From NCBI RefSeq assembly GCF_006345805.1, contig NC_043021.1, positions 23,560,001 to 23,624,000 on the forward strand: 64,000 nucleotides of DNA, in the 5' to 3' direction. This document shows positions 51,174 to 64,000 of the stretch, piece by piece. This DNA comes from Octopus sinensis (Eukaryota). Both the position numbers and the translations under genes were made by a program. Below the pieces are notes generated by a model. It was given only the letters and a program-made list of their open reading frames with translations, was not told the origin of the DNA and did not search any database. Within the stretch, counting starts at the first letter, position 1; the number at the start of each line of letters is the position of its first letter.

Positions 51174-51908
51174 CATATATATATATATATATTATATATA
51201 CATAACTAACAAGGTTGCAAAAGCAAAGGCAATTTAAAAATATATATATGATAGATGAATGGAAATTAAAACCGGGGCGTGTCAGATATTAAGGCAGTAT
51301 GACTCTCCCAAGACACAAACAAGATTTATAAAAATATACGTATATATATATATATTTATTTAATGTAGTCATTGCTATGGCCGGTCAAAAAGTTATCATT
51401 GATTTCGGGTTTATTATCGTTCTAAGCAATAAAGACGACCTTTGGGCCCAAGGCACATAGCCCCTTTTCCTAATGAAACTAGAATTAGAGTTTTGGCTAG
51501 TCAGTCAAAGAAAAGAAAAACAACAACAAAACCACCTGAAACTAAAGACTTAGTAGCGAAAACTCCTTCCAGACAAGATGGAGGTATCTTCCTTTGATCG
51601 GTTCCAGTTGTGTCACAAAAGATTCAGCTGATATACGATTTCCGTTTACTAATCAACGAGCGGGGAATTTTATATCTCTTTTACAACTGGCTGACCCAGA
51701 CACTATTCTTAGCTCCACAAGTAATAAAGTTATGTACCTCCGACCAGCACCTCTGATGTGTCGTCTATATTGATAAGAAATAATAGACAAGAATCCAATG
51801 GTATCTTTCTGACCGGTCATAAACGATGACTACATAACATAAAATATTACTGCTGAAAAAATGTTTAGAGTGTGCCTTTTTTCCCCACTTATGAACAACT
51901 GAACGATG

Positions 51909-51936
<28 letters not shown>

Positions 51937-51940
<4 letters not shown>

Positions 51941-54050
51941 CAGAAATACTCGGCGTTGTCCGGGTTAAAGAAAACAATCAAATTTTAAAATGCCGTCTAG
52001 ATTACGCAGGTCTCAACAGCTGGTAGCTGAGATACCAGCTTCCTACAACTCTGCAACCCATGCCAGCATGGAATAATAGACGTTAAGTGAAATGTGAAAA
52101 GAAAGTTTTCAACTCCTGTATGTAAAGTAAATACAATTTCGTCTAACTTATTGCGCAACCAAAATCAGTTACAGATTATACACAACGAAAAGCCGTGCGT
52201 AGAGTACACACACACACACTACGAATATATCACGTTATTGTTTCACTTTTATACGCACAGATATACATTGACGCATGTCAGTCGAAAAGTGAAAATGTAA
52301 TAATTTAACACTCAATGGTCTTCTTACATTTCTGTATATGACCAATTCATGTAAGTAAGTCTTCATATACTGTGTCTTTCTGTTCTGTGATGTTTATCAC
52401 TGAGAATGCAAAGGTTCTTTTCATTTCCATCCCCAGAACATCCAACATACAGCTGACCACATGAGAAGCAAGTTTGAAGGAAGTTAAGTCCCACCACCTT
52501 TTGAGATTGACCTTCAGCTTTGTTGATAGACATTGCAAAGCTTAGTTTGACAGGAAACTGCAGTCTCCTGAACTGAAAGTGGAGATCATTTGAGATGACA
52601 AGTATCATTGGAATGAAGACATTCCATGTTGCCATGATGGAGAAGAGGTTTCTCAGCTGCAGAGGAGACTTGCACATTTGTGCCTCTGTCGGAGTGACTT
52701 CCCATTGTGCATCATCTTCCAGAAGACCTCTGAGATGTCGAGCCCGGCGCTATGTTTGACATACTGTGTTATCAACCATATGTAAGGTTGTAAATGATGT
52801 GGGTCCCTTGACATGGTGTAACAGAAGCCTTAGATAGTAGCACTCTGAGTAGTTGGGATGGACAACATAGACCCTGCCAAGTATGTCTGATTTCTAGATT
52901 CCCAGATGATGTATGGGTGCACCAAGAGCACATTTGTTTCGGTACCAGGTATAGAACTGTAGAACTTCATTGTATAGCCGTCTTGTAGCAAATTAATCAT
53001 CTTGACAGAGCTTGAAGAATGATGTGAGTGTGGTATTTTGGGGAACTGCCATTTTTAGTTGGACTGTGTCCGTCAGTGTGCTGTCTCTGAGATGGAGGAC
53101 AATGTCACGCTTGTCATGTTCTTGCCCTATCAGAAGCACAGCTATTTCATTTGCTGTTGGTACATTAAACCTCCCTCCATGCTGACCAGATGGTTTCTTG
53201 TCTGATCTGATATCTACCTTGTAATCCATGGAGTCAGGTGGAATTGTTTCAAGTGCAGTCTTCAAGCTTCTGATCAGGTGTGTTGTTGTTGTTATGCAAC
53301 AGCTTCTGCAGAGACACTACAATGTTCATCCTGATTCCGGAAATGTTCTTACACCTCTCTTACCCTTCTTGTTGAGAATCACCCATAAAAATATATTTGA
53401 AGGAATTATGGTGATTCATTTGACAGAGGTATTAGAGAACCAATCCGATGATACATCTGACCGTGGACCTTAAAAGTTTGCAAGAATCCTGGCTCAGTTA
53501 TATCGCTTGTGGATCTAAATGATGTCATCTGTAGTGCAGCACTGCACTGTCTACTTTCGTTTTGGAAGTGCTTGAGATCTTGGTCAGTTGATGACAACAA
53601 TTTCTTCAATAGCTTTGGAGGTTGGGGGATTGCAGGGAGTTTAACCTTTCCACCACTGCAGCCCAGTGCAGGTGTCTCTCCAGACTACTTCTTTGCTTTA
53701 CAATGTATGCATTCAGTTGTCATTGCACCAATGGAGACTCTAGTGTGATATGCATAATGAACGGCTGGATCATAATTGAAAGCTGCTTCATAGATGTTGC
53801 TCCTCGGAGCTGTTGCAACTCCTCTTCGTTCTGCCGAGGAGATCCTATTCGTTGTTAGTCGTGCATACCACTGTTAATTACTTTGAGATGCGCTGACTTT
53901 TGTAGTGCACAGTCTGTTCATTTCTTGGCACGCTTCAGTTTCTGCCGCTATCTCTTTTTTTCCTCGGCAGAGACATTCTTTTCGCTGACCTTGATATTGT
54001 AGATAATTTGGCATAACTACAGATTTCTAACCCCATCAGACATTGTATGA
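51937..54050 (-). mobile_element. Internally deleted Helitron
   Basis: CCSGGKVKLP; FKVHGQMYHRIGSL; RFNVPTANEIAVL; LQFPVKLSFAMSINKAEGQ. The 3' end is a hairpin then CTAG at 51937-51940. Confidence 0.88.
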
Positions 54051-54119
54051 TCATTACTTTCAGAAAACTGGATATTTTTTAATGAACTTTTCTACGAATA
54101 TGTGATATATCATGTAGAT

Positions 54120-55050
54120 CTCGAATATACAAAATTTTACCTTTGTTATATCAAAACCCATTCACAAATCATCTCTTCGCATAACAATAAGTTGTTAAGT
54201 AATAAAGATAATAGCATTGATATTATTAACACTAACCATTCTTTGAACAATAATAACAACAATATTAGTATTTCTGATATAAATTCGAATCGTATTCGTT
54301 TCCTTCTCAGAAATTCTAAGACTGGAAACACTGCTTATCAATGTAAAATCACTTCCGGTTCTGCTGTCTACTTTTACACATGTAGTTCTTCATCTCGGTC
54401 GTCGAAAAGAATATCTAAGCATTACTCTACATTTAGATATATCAAAAAATGCAACAATACTGGGCTTAGTCAATTAATTTACTCTCTAAAAGAATATAAT
54501 AGAGAATTCCATTTGGAATGAAAAATTCTATCTAGATCCTTCCCATATGACAAAGGCAAATCTTTTTGTCCTCACTGTAACGAAGAACAATTTCTCATCC
54601 TTTTCTCGGAGAAAACTCTTTTAAACACGTTTAAAGAACACGTTTATCGTTGTAAACATTGGTAAAAACATACCTTTAGTTCCTATGAGTAATTTCTACC
54701 AATTTATAACATTCAACCTTTCACTGTCTTCTTACATTTATTTTCCACTACATATAACTATTTCCACACTTTTAAGATTTATTCTCATTCATATACCGTA
54801 CCATGTTTCTCCACTGTTAATTTTCTGTTAATATCTTTCTTTCTTCTCCTTCTCTAAATTACCTTTGACGTTAAATCTATTAACGGGTTTTTTTCTCTTC
54901 TTTTCGCTGACGAGATGACTGCATTGTTATACATCATTTTTATTCCCTCTGGCATAATCTCAATGCTTCTTCGAAACATATGTTAGAAGTAAAAATGGTT
55001 TGAATAACACCTGCGATTGACTCCATTTCTTAATTCATCTGTTATACATT
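54120..55050 (+). mobile_element. 3' fragment of a PLE related to 10050-13672, with pseudo-LTR
   Basis: QIISSHNNKLL...PYDKGKSFCPHC...YRCKH is homologous to 12250-13170. An HHR motif follows. Confidence 0.8.
54899..54995 (+). ncRNA. Long-stem-II hammerhead motif, partly decayed
   Basis: CUGACGA (54907-54913), GCAUUG...CAAUGC, GAAA (54973-54976), ACAUAUGU, GUU. Stem I is imperfect. Confidence 0.6.
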
Positions 55051-55078
55051 TATATATATGTGTGGCTATATGTATGTG

Positions 55079-55165
<87 letters not shown>

Positions 55166-55226
55166 TTACATATACATATATATACGTATATATATATATA
55201 TATATATAGTATATATGTATATATAA

Positions 55227-55273
<47 letters not shown>

Positions 55274-55500
55274 GCGGTGAGCTGGCAGAAACGTTAGCAC
55301 GCCGGGCGAAATGCGTAGCCGTATTTCGTCTGCCGTTACGTTCTGAGTTCAAATTCCGCCGAGGTCGATTTTGACTTTCATCCTTTCGTGGTCGATAAAT
55401 AAAGTACCAGTTACGCACTGGGGTCGATGTAATCGACTTAATCCCTTTGTCTGTCCTTGTTTGTCCCCTCTATGTCTAGCCCCTTGTGGGCAGTAAAGAA

Positions 55501-55502
<2 letters not shown>
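55274..55502 (+). mobile_element. tRNA-derived SINE family 2
   Basis: GCGGTGAGCTGGCAGAA...GAGTTCAAATTCC B-box. Relatives at 7700-7870(-), 28985-29140, 29238-29425, 36660-36870(-), 40060-40230, 61480-61640 and 61870-62060. Confidence 0.8.
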
Positions 55503-55532
<30 letters not shown>

Positions 55533-56162
55533 ATACATGTACACATACATACACATACATACACACACATATATACATACACGTATGTATGTACATATAA
55601 ACATACATACATACATACATACATACATGCATGCATGTATACATACTTGCGTATACATACAGCGATTAAACAAAATGCAAATACCTTACTAAATGGAGGT
55701 TTGTTATTGAATTCGGAGTTAATTGATGTTTGACATCAATCACAACTTTGAAACGTCAAGGAATTGGATCGCACTGGTTCTATCCTGTTGCTAATGAAGT
55801 TTTGAGCTTTAGCTCTTTCAGCGACATGATGGAGGAAGTAGTTCCTACATGCTGCACCAAAATGCAGCATATGTGCAGCGGCATGGCTGTGTGGCCTGAA
55901 ACTTGCTTTCCAATCACGTGGTTCATGGTTTGGTCTCACTGTATGGCACGTGCGTTCATAATCAATCGAAGACTGTTTGATTTCGTTATTTTTCTTCTTT
56001 TTGCCTATGTGAGTTACAAATATTGTTTATCTGTGGAGTCATGTAAGTAGTAAAAAGAAATGAGCAGTCTTCTGGCGGCTATTTCTAAATTTTCGTAATG
56101 CGGTGAAGCAACTTGTTGTTTAACCTTTAATTATATATTATATATATATATATATATATATC

Positions 56163-56214
<52 letters not shown>

Positions 56215-56978
56215 GACGGGCTTCTTTAAGTTTCCGTCTACCACAGCTTTGATCGGGCCGAAGCTAAGTAGAAAACACTTGCCAAACGTGCCATACAGTG
56301 AGACTAAACCATGAACCACGTGATTGGAAAGCAAGTTTCAGGCCACACAGCCATGCCGCTGCACATATGCTGCACTTTGGTGCAGCATGTAGGAACTACT
56401 TCCTCCATCATGTCGCTGAAAGAGCTAAAGCTCAAAACTTCATTAGCAACAGGATAGAACCTCAGGATACATATACAACTAAAAATAAGGGTGCCTGAGA
56501 GACACGACCATGCCGAAATAGCAGTCAAAACCCTGACTTTAAAAACCACGTTAAATGTTCATATCGTACCATGAGATAAGACAGAGGGACAAAATAGACT
56601 AGCAAAAAGATATTATTGAATAATTCAAGATCCAGGATTTCTGGTTTTGCTTTAAATAAGCTTTACCGTCATCGGATGAATATATCAGAAGTTCATAAAT
56701 ACAGATATATATATGCAGAACAAACGTTATACTTACATATACGAACGTCCATACACACATATATATGCACGTTTTTAAAGTCAGGGTTTTGACTGCTATT
56801 TCGGCATGGTGGTGTCTCTCAGACACCCTTATTTTTATTTGTAAAAAAATTATTACCTTTGTACGGTATTTTTTCAATTGATAATATCGATATTCAAATA
56901 TCGATATTATCCTTATTTATAAATATATATATTTTTTTTTTTTTCTCTCTCCTTCTTTCTGTGTTTCTTCTCTGTGTA

Positions 56979-57016
56979 TCTTTCTGCTGAAGAGCGTAGG
57001 CTCGAAACGTTAAAGA
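56979..57016 (+). ncRNA. Minimal hammerhead-like motif with non-canonical core
   Basis: UCUUU-CUGCUGA-A-GAGC-GUAG-GCUC-GAAA-CGUU-AAAGA. Homologues at 1503-1542 and 50840-50877. Confidence 0.55.
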
Positions 57017-57148
57017 CTTGTTTTATTTATACTCCTGAGCGCCATACTAATACAATTGTTTCTTTGTATTCCACCTGCCTTCGTCTTTTGTTTATTTCCG
57101 TAAACCTGCCTTCGTCTTTTGTTTATTTTCATAAAGCTACCCGTTATA

Positions 57149-57210
<62 letters not shown>

Positions 57211-57246
57211 TACAGATATATGTATATATGTATGTATATGTATATG

Positions 57247-57278
<32 letters not shown>

Positions 57279-58250
57279 CATATGTTTATGTATGTGTATG
57301 TGTATGTGTGTGTGTGCGTGCGTGTGTTTGTGTCTGTTGTCGCACACCACCCAACACCATTCAGAAGTTTGGGTCTTCGCTTCTATATACTACATAGTTT
57401 TTGTTGCCTTAGATATGAAATAATGGTTTATTCAAAGTAGTCGCCCTCATTTTCCACCACGGCCTCAAGACGACTCCAAAGCCTAGCGCATGCGTCAACT
57501 CACTGAGTCTGTGGGAAGATCTTCAAGCACTTTCTTGAACTTGGTCACTAGCTCGGCCATGGTGCTACAGGCGGTGCAGATGGTATCTTTCTCAACCGCT
57601 CCCCACACATAATAATCCATGGTATTAAAATTGAGGGAATTAGAAGTCCAGAAATTGGGTCTGGTGAAGTCGTAAAGTTGTAAAGGTTCTCCGATTTCAG
57701 ACTTTCCGGAGGTGTGGCAAGGAATCGCATTCTGTGGGCCACACATATGGCATTTCAGTAGAACCCTCCCAAGACAGATTTTCAACCACAGTTTCCAGCA
57801 GCTTCATATAAGCGTCTGAATTGAGCCTAAGGCCCTGTTCTGGCGTGCTGGCGCAGTTAGAACGCTTGTTGTGTCGTCCACGTCTTTGTATCTCCGTTGC
57901 AGTTGTCCGTCACTTCTTTCAGCCTTTATAATGTTCACAGAGCATTGAGCAGAAGTCATGATGTCAGTATTCTGACACCCGGCACGAGTCGTCAATATAC
58001 AGGGAACTCTTCTCTAATGTTCAAATGGCTTCCAGTCCTCCATATCAGTAAACTTTTTCTCAACATGCTCACCAACGCCGTTGACTGTTCACTGCTACAT
58101 TAAGTTGTTCATGGAAAACAGAAGACATAAAAATTGTCAAATTTACCCCGAACACCCTATATGTTTGATCAGCGCCGCTTTAGAAGTAACCTCTAATACA
58201 ACAATAACAACAAGAACAACATCCTACTTTTTCTTTTCTCCATTTTTCAG

Positions 58251-58408
58251 ATGTCACTAAGGAATGCTTGCAATACAGTAAGGATTTGGACTGCAGGTTC
58301 TATGAATGCTTAGAAGAAAGATTTCCCTGTGGACACGGCGTGCAAAAGGGTCAATCGCGTGCTCATTGTGTGAAAATCAACGAAAGAGCAAATAAATTGA
58401 CTGAAGTG
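58251..58408 (+). CDS. Stanniocalcin-like protein, copy C, exon 2
   Basis: Same splice sites and length as copy B exon 2. Reads (D)VTKECLQYSKDLDCRFYECLEERFPCGHGVQKGQSRAHCVKINERANKLTEV. Confidence 0.9.
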
Positions 58409-60713
58409 GTAGGTCAAACTTCTGATTTGAATCGTGCGTGAGAAATAGTAAGAGAGAGAGTGAGAGAGAGTGAGAGAGAGAGAGAGAGACAGGAATAGGG
58501 AAAGTGAAAGTGTGAGGGGGAGAGATAGGGTGAGAGCATGAAGAGAGAGTTAAGAGGAAGGAGGATGTCATGTTTTATTATCATTATTATATCGTGAGGC
58601 GGCAAGCTGGCAGATACTTTAGCACGCCGAACGAAATGCTTTGCGGTATTTCGTCTGTCTTTTATCGAAAATTTATTGGTGGAATGTGTTCGTAAGTTTC
58701 TGTTAATTGTTGTCTCTCTTGTTGTGCCTATTGTTGGACTTATTGTTTAAAAATTGTATTATAATTTTCTTTCGAAAGCTATCTGTGGTTTTTCCCTGTA
58801 GAGGAATACATAAATTGCCGGCAAGATGCCTAAAGTGTGTCTTCCTCGGGTGAAGATTCATCGACCGAGCGGGGAGCAAGGAAGATAGAAAGTTTAATTT
58901 GTGATAACATTTCTGATGTTTCGGAAAATGAATTCCCTGCACTAACAAAAGTTACGGATACCAAAAGAAATATAGAAGCAAAGACCATTGAAAATGAAGA
59001 AAGAAAAAGTTTTACGTCAGCAGCTGGTAGTGGAACGCGACAGCTGTCAACTGACAAAAAAGAATTATCAAAATACAAGGAAATGATAACAGAATGAGAT
59101 GGAGTGATAAAAGTGGAAATACCAGGAGAAGAATTAACGGAGGAAAAAATAGAAAATTATTATTTTTTAAGATATTCTGCATAAAAGCTCGTAGAATTTA
59201 CAAGATATGTGAGTAAAAAAAATTTTAAAATGTTTAAAACCCATCTGGCAGGACATTACATATCTAGCCAGAGGGAAGAAGTTTGGAAATATCGTGGTGA
59301 GGTTCAAGAACGCAGAAACGGCACAACAACACTCTGTAAAATCTTTAGAGTCGGAAGACACAAAGTTAATCCTAATTTACATGGGAATGAGAACATCAAA
59401 GGTGAGAACACAAAGAATTCCACCTGGATTAAACCGAGACCAAAAGAAAAAATAATTAAAAAAGCAGCCAAGAGAGATACATCGAGGATGGCGGAGGGGG
59501 TGACGAAAGGAGGAATTGCTGCACTATAATAATAATAATACTGGAATATGGCGCCAGTACGGCAAGTCTACAAAACTTCCGTATAAACTGCATTTTTAGT
59601 TTTTCTCTGGGGGATGAAGGTATGTAAACTGTTCCTACTACCCACTCTTGAGCAGCCAGCGTACAGTTAGCCGTGTGAAAAGCCTGGTTCGTCTAAGTAA
59701 AGTTCAACGACAGACTGCGACTGACCTGGGACTTATTAATGGATATGACGTAACTGAGTCTAATCGGAAACTGCACTCTGCGGAATGTGAACGGTAAGTC
59801 AGCAGCCGAAGGTTCAAGCGGAATTCGCGGTATGAAGACGTTTTGACCTTTACCACAGAAAGTCATAATCGTTGCTTCAATGACATTGGGAAATAATTTT
59901 GTGATAACAGTGTCTGAACCGTTGCATAACATCGGTGGAATTCCTTATCAGCATAACAGGGTTAACTACTTTAAGAGTAAGAACTAGCAGTATCGCCCGG
60001 CGTTGCTCGGGTTTCTAAGGGAAATAACAATATAAGCATTTTTAGAGAGTTATAGCCAAGAAAACCCAAAAAATGCATTAAAATGGGAAAAAAATTATGG
60101 TAAATTTTTTTAAATCGTTGACTCATCGTAGACATTTTTAGAGAGTTACTTCCCTTATATAATAGCGAAAAAATGCATTAAAATGGAAAAAAATGATGGT
60201 AATTTATTTTTTTAAATCGTAGACTCATCGTAGACGCGCGCTAATACCCAGAAGGGCCCGATATAAATCACGACTATAAGATACCCGGTTTTGGTTAAAC
60301 TGCACTGCAAAATGTGGGAGTAGTTAGGAATCTAAATCGTAGGAGACAGACACACAACTTCTCTTTTATATATAAAGATATGTGGAATTACAGCCGAAGG
60401 CTCCAAGGAATTCAAACTCTGACCCACACACATGCGCACGAACGAACAAAAAGAACACAGTGTGAATAACGGACAGAGTCAACAACTACTGAAAAGGTTG
60501 CAACACGTAACAAAAATTTTAGAAAAATAAAAAGGAAATAAGTGGAACGTCTCCCGGTGAGTGTGTTAAATTATAAGGCACTAAAAGAGAATGAACCTCT
60601 CCATACACAACATAATATGCTTCAACACACGAACTCACATAAAGAATCTTGCAAACCAAATCCAAAAACGAAGTATTACTACTACTACTACCACTAAAAA
60701 TAATAATAATAAT

Positions 60714-60746
<33 letters not shown>

Positions 60747-60759
60747 AATAATAATAATG

Positions 60760-60804
<45 letters not shown>

Positions 60805-60857
60805 TTGATAATAATAATAATATTAATAATAATTATAATTATAATTATAATAATAGA

Positions 60858-61412
60858 CCTGATGTAGAACCAGGCAGTAGCTCTCGTGGCTTCTGATCTT
60901 AACTGATTGGAAGTGTTATCATATACATTATTTTGTCTTGGTATAAAATATGGGCTATAGCAAATATTCTGCTCAATACCACAGACTTGCTTGTCAGTTG
61001 TTTGACCTTAACCAGTTGAGCATGTCCCTTAGTGGCTGACGATATGTGCATCTCTGATCACGAGCAGAAGTAGTGGGAGAGCATCATAGCCATGTGTTGA
61101 GAGGGATTCTTTGGGGTCTGAATAATTCACCTCTGGAAACATGGGTGGTTCTTTCAACATCCTTAAACAACCCTTATTCAGGGACCGTTTGAGCGGGATG
61201 GGCTACTCAACCTGAAGAAAATTCTAACTGGGCCCCACCTGCAAGGTCATGTGCTGTTTATCTTGATATGAGATCACCATGTCGCGCACATATGGTTGTG
61301 ATGCATGTGCCTTGTGTACCCTTATCAGACGGGTAGCCATGATGGGTATATTGGGCTTCGTATATTTTACCCCGGTGTCACTTTGATGGCATGCACAGCT
61401 CTCTCACTCAAT
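60858..61412. mobile_element. Unclassified insertion of about 550 nt in (AAT)n, copy C only
   Basis: Unique sequence between two TAA tracts at the site paralogous to the Dong insertion. Class not determined. Confidence 0.5.
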
Positions 61413-61475
<63 letters not shown>

Positions 61476-61718
61476 GTGGCGAATCGTTAGCATCCCGTGC
61501 AAAATTTTAAGCGGTATTTCGCCCATCTTCACGTCCTGAGTTCAAATTCCACCGAGGTTGATTTTGCCATTCATCGTTTCGGGGTCGATAAATTAAGTAC
61601 CAGTCAAGTCCCATAATTTCAGGGTTTGTGTTTATAGTAGAAAGGATTATTATTATTATTAATATTATTATCATTATTATTATTTTTATTATTATTATTA
61701 CTATTATTTTTATTATTA

Positions 61719-61773
<55 letters not shown>

Positions 61774-62941
61774 CATCATTATTATTATTATCATTATTAA
61801 TATTATTATTATTAGTAGTAGTAGTAGTAGTAGTAGTAGTAGAAGTAGTAGTAGTATATTAGTTTGTTAAGGCGATGAGCTGGCCAAATCGTTAATACGC
61901 CGGGCAAAATGCTGAGCTAAAATTCCGCCGAGGTCGACTTTGCCTTTCATCCTTTCAGAGTGGATAAATAAATTCCAGCTGATCATTGGGGTCGATGTAA
62001 TCGACTAGTTTTCTCCCCCAATATTTCAAGCTTTGCGCCTGTAATAGAACGACTATTATTATTTTTGTTTTACTCAATAAATACGTAATTCTACTTCAGT
62101 TTTCTAATATTCCATACATTAAGTATGTTGACAATCAAATTATCTTTTATTTAACAAGTAGGTGGCAACCCTAACCATTCAGGACACGGCCGTCACTCTG
62201 AGAGGTACTTTCAAAATACCCGCATCACCTTCTTTGTTATGGTACATTTCACTGCTACCATAAACCCATCATTTCTCGTTACTTAGATTTATAACGTTTT
62301 TATAAGTCAGGCATTATGCACTGACCGAGTGTCTCTGTTTTTCCATTCATCCCTTCACTATTTTTTATAATCAATACATTATCGTATGAGAAGGTGCATA
62401 GCACAGTGGTTAGAGAGTCGGGCCCACAAGCATGAGGTAGTGAGTTCGACTCCCAGACCGAGGCGTGTGTTGTGTTCTTGTGCAAGACCCTTTATTTCAC
62501 GTTCCTACAGTTCACTCAGCTGTAGAAATGAGTTGCGACCTCAGTGGTGCCAAGCTGTATCGGCTTTTCCTTTGGCATGGAAAAAGGAGGCAGGTATGCA
62601 TAGCTGACTGCTTATCTTCCATAAACAACCCTGCCCATTCTTGTGCTTTGGGGGGGGGGCAACTTTCTAAGTGCAGACCCATGGTCATTCATGACCGAAG
62701 GTTTTTTTTTACCCTTCCTTCTACGCGCCATCATTAACTTATCTATTCTTTACTCCGCCAGATTAGAGAGACAAAGAATTGGGGTCTTTGTTATCTACTT
62801 GGCCTCCATTCCTCTCAAAATTACTGCTCTTTTGTTAAAAGTAGATAGAATTACTATTCACTCCCCCCAAATAAATAAATAAATAAACAATCCCCCAAAA
62901 GTCAATTTTTGCATTCACTAATCACTGTCTAATATTCACAG

Positions 62942-63168
62942 GGTAAGATCTGGATAAATAGTATCACAAAATGTTTTGTGAAAGAGGCAACAAAAATCTA
63001 CCAACGTCCGTCAATCGATTGTAAAGAAGCTAACAAAATTGTCCTGGACATACAACAAAAATGTTATACAGACAATGATTTCTGTAATGTTGGCTGGAAG
63101 CACCGCAATGATCTGTGGAGAATATTCAGTAAACCCATAACCACGGCCAAAACACAATACTATAAAAT
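62942..63168 (+). CDS. Stanniocalcin-like protein, copy C, exon 3 (exon 4 expected beyond the window)
   Basis: Acceptor TTCACAG| and donor |GTAAGT, 227 nt open. Reads GKIWINSITKCFVKEATKIYQRPSIDCKEANKIVLDIQQKCYTDNDFCNVGWKHRNDLWRIFSKPITTAKTQYYK with all Cys kept. Confidence 0.9.
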
Positions 63169-64000
63169 GTAAGTATTTGTTATTTTTGTTATTGTTGTTG
63201 GCGGTGGTGATAGTAATAGAGGAGGTGGTCGTGGTGGTGGTGGTGGTCGTGGTGGTGGTCGTAGTGGTGGTATTCGTGATGATGGTTGCATTGATCGAGT
63301 GAGGGACATCTTGGTGTTGTGGAGGGACATGTAATTGTTGGCGGAGACTCAGTTCAATTTTGCTCGAACATTCAGATGGACGGGTGTCGTTCTGGATATC
63401 AGGATATAACATATGTGTGGCTGTGTAGGAAGAAGCTTGCTTCCAAATCACATCGTTCCGGGTTCAGTCCTACTGCATGGCACCTTGGGCAAGTGTCTTC
63501 TTCTACAACCTCGAGCCGACCAAATCCTTGAGTGGATTTGATCGGCAGAACCTGAACGAAGCCCGTCGTTTGTATGTGTGTGTATATGTGTGTGTATGTG
63601 CGAGTGTATGTGTATCTGTGTGTGTTTGTTTCCCGTATCTGTGTTTTCCCAACCACAACGCACGACTACCGGTGTTGGTGTGTATACGTCCGCATGAATT
63701 AGCGGTTCGGCAAAATAGATAGGCTTAAACAATGAGGACTGGTATCGATACTCTCGACTAAAATTCTTCAAGGCGGTGCCACAATATGGCCGCAGCTTAA
63801 ATGAATGAAACAAGTAAAATATTGAAGATGTCTGTGTCTGGCTGAATAACATGCATTTACTACCCATTCCATCGTGGTGTGACGAATCATTGAGGGATAT
63901 TCTTTGCTGTTACATGTAAAATTCCCTGCTAACCTCTCAAAGCACCACCTTTGAATATTACGATAACAACGGCATGATAAGTCTATATCTACCAAGCAAG

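Overview
AT-rich, repeat-saturated animal genomic DNA. The SINE and Penelope repeat content and microsatellite density suggest a cephalopod (octopus-like) genome, but this is inference. The main host content is invisible as a whole in the six-frame track. It is a tandem cluster of three paralogues of a spliced, secreted, 10-cysteine stanniocalcin-like protein gene. Copy B (+) is complete: exons 17310-17415, 22090-22247, 30324-30550 and 35529-35658, giving 206 aa. Copy C (+) has exons 1-3 at 50517-50622, 58251-58408 and 62942-63168, with exon 4 expected beyond the window. Copy A (-) shows exon 1 only (4406-4511), head-to-head with B. Exon 3 differs at about 10% of sites between B and C while the flanking introns differ at about 1%. 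Introns and spacers contain several Penelope-like elements (PLEs) of different types with hammerhead ribozyme (HHR) motifs in their pseudo-LTRs, a near full-length Dong/R4-type LINE in an (AAT)n tract, CR1/L2 and L1/Tx1 relics, Helitrons, Tc1/mariner relics, three tRNA-derived SINE families and many microsatellites. All coordinates and counts were read by hand and may be off by a few bases.
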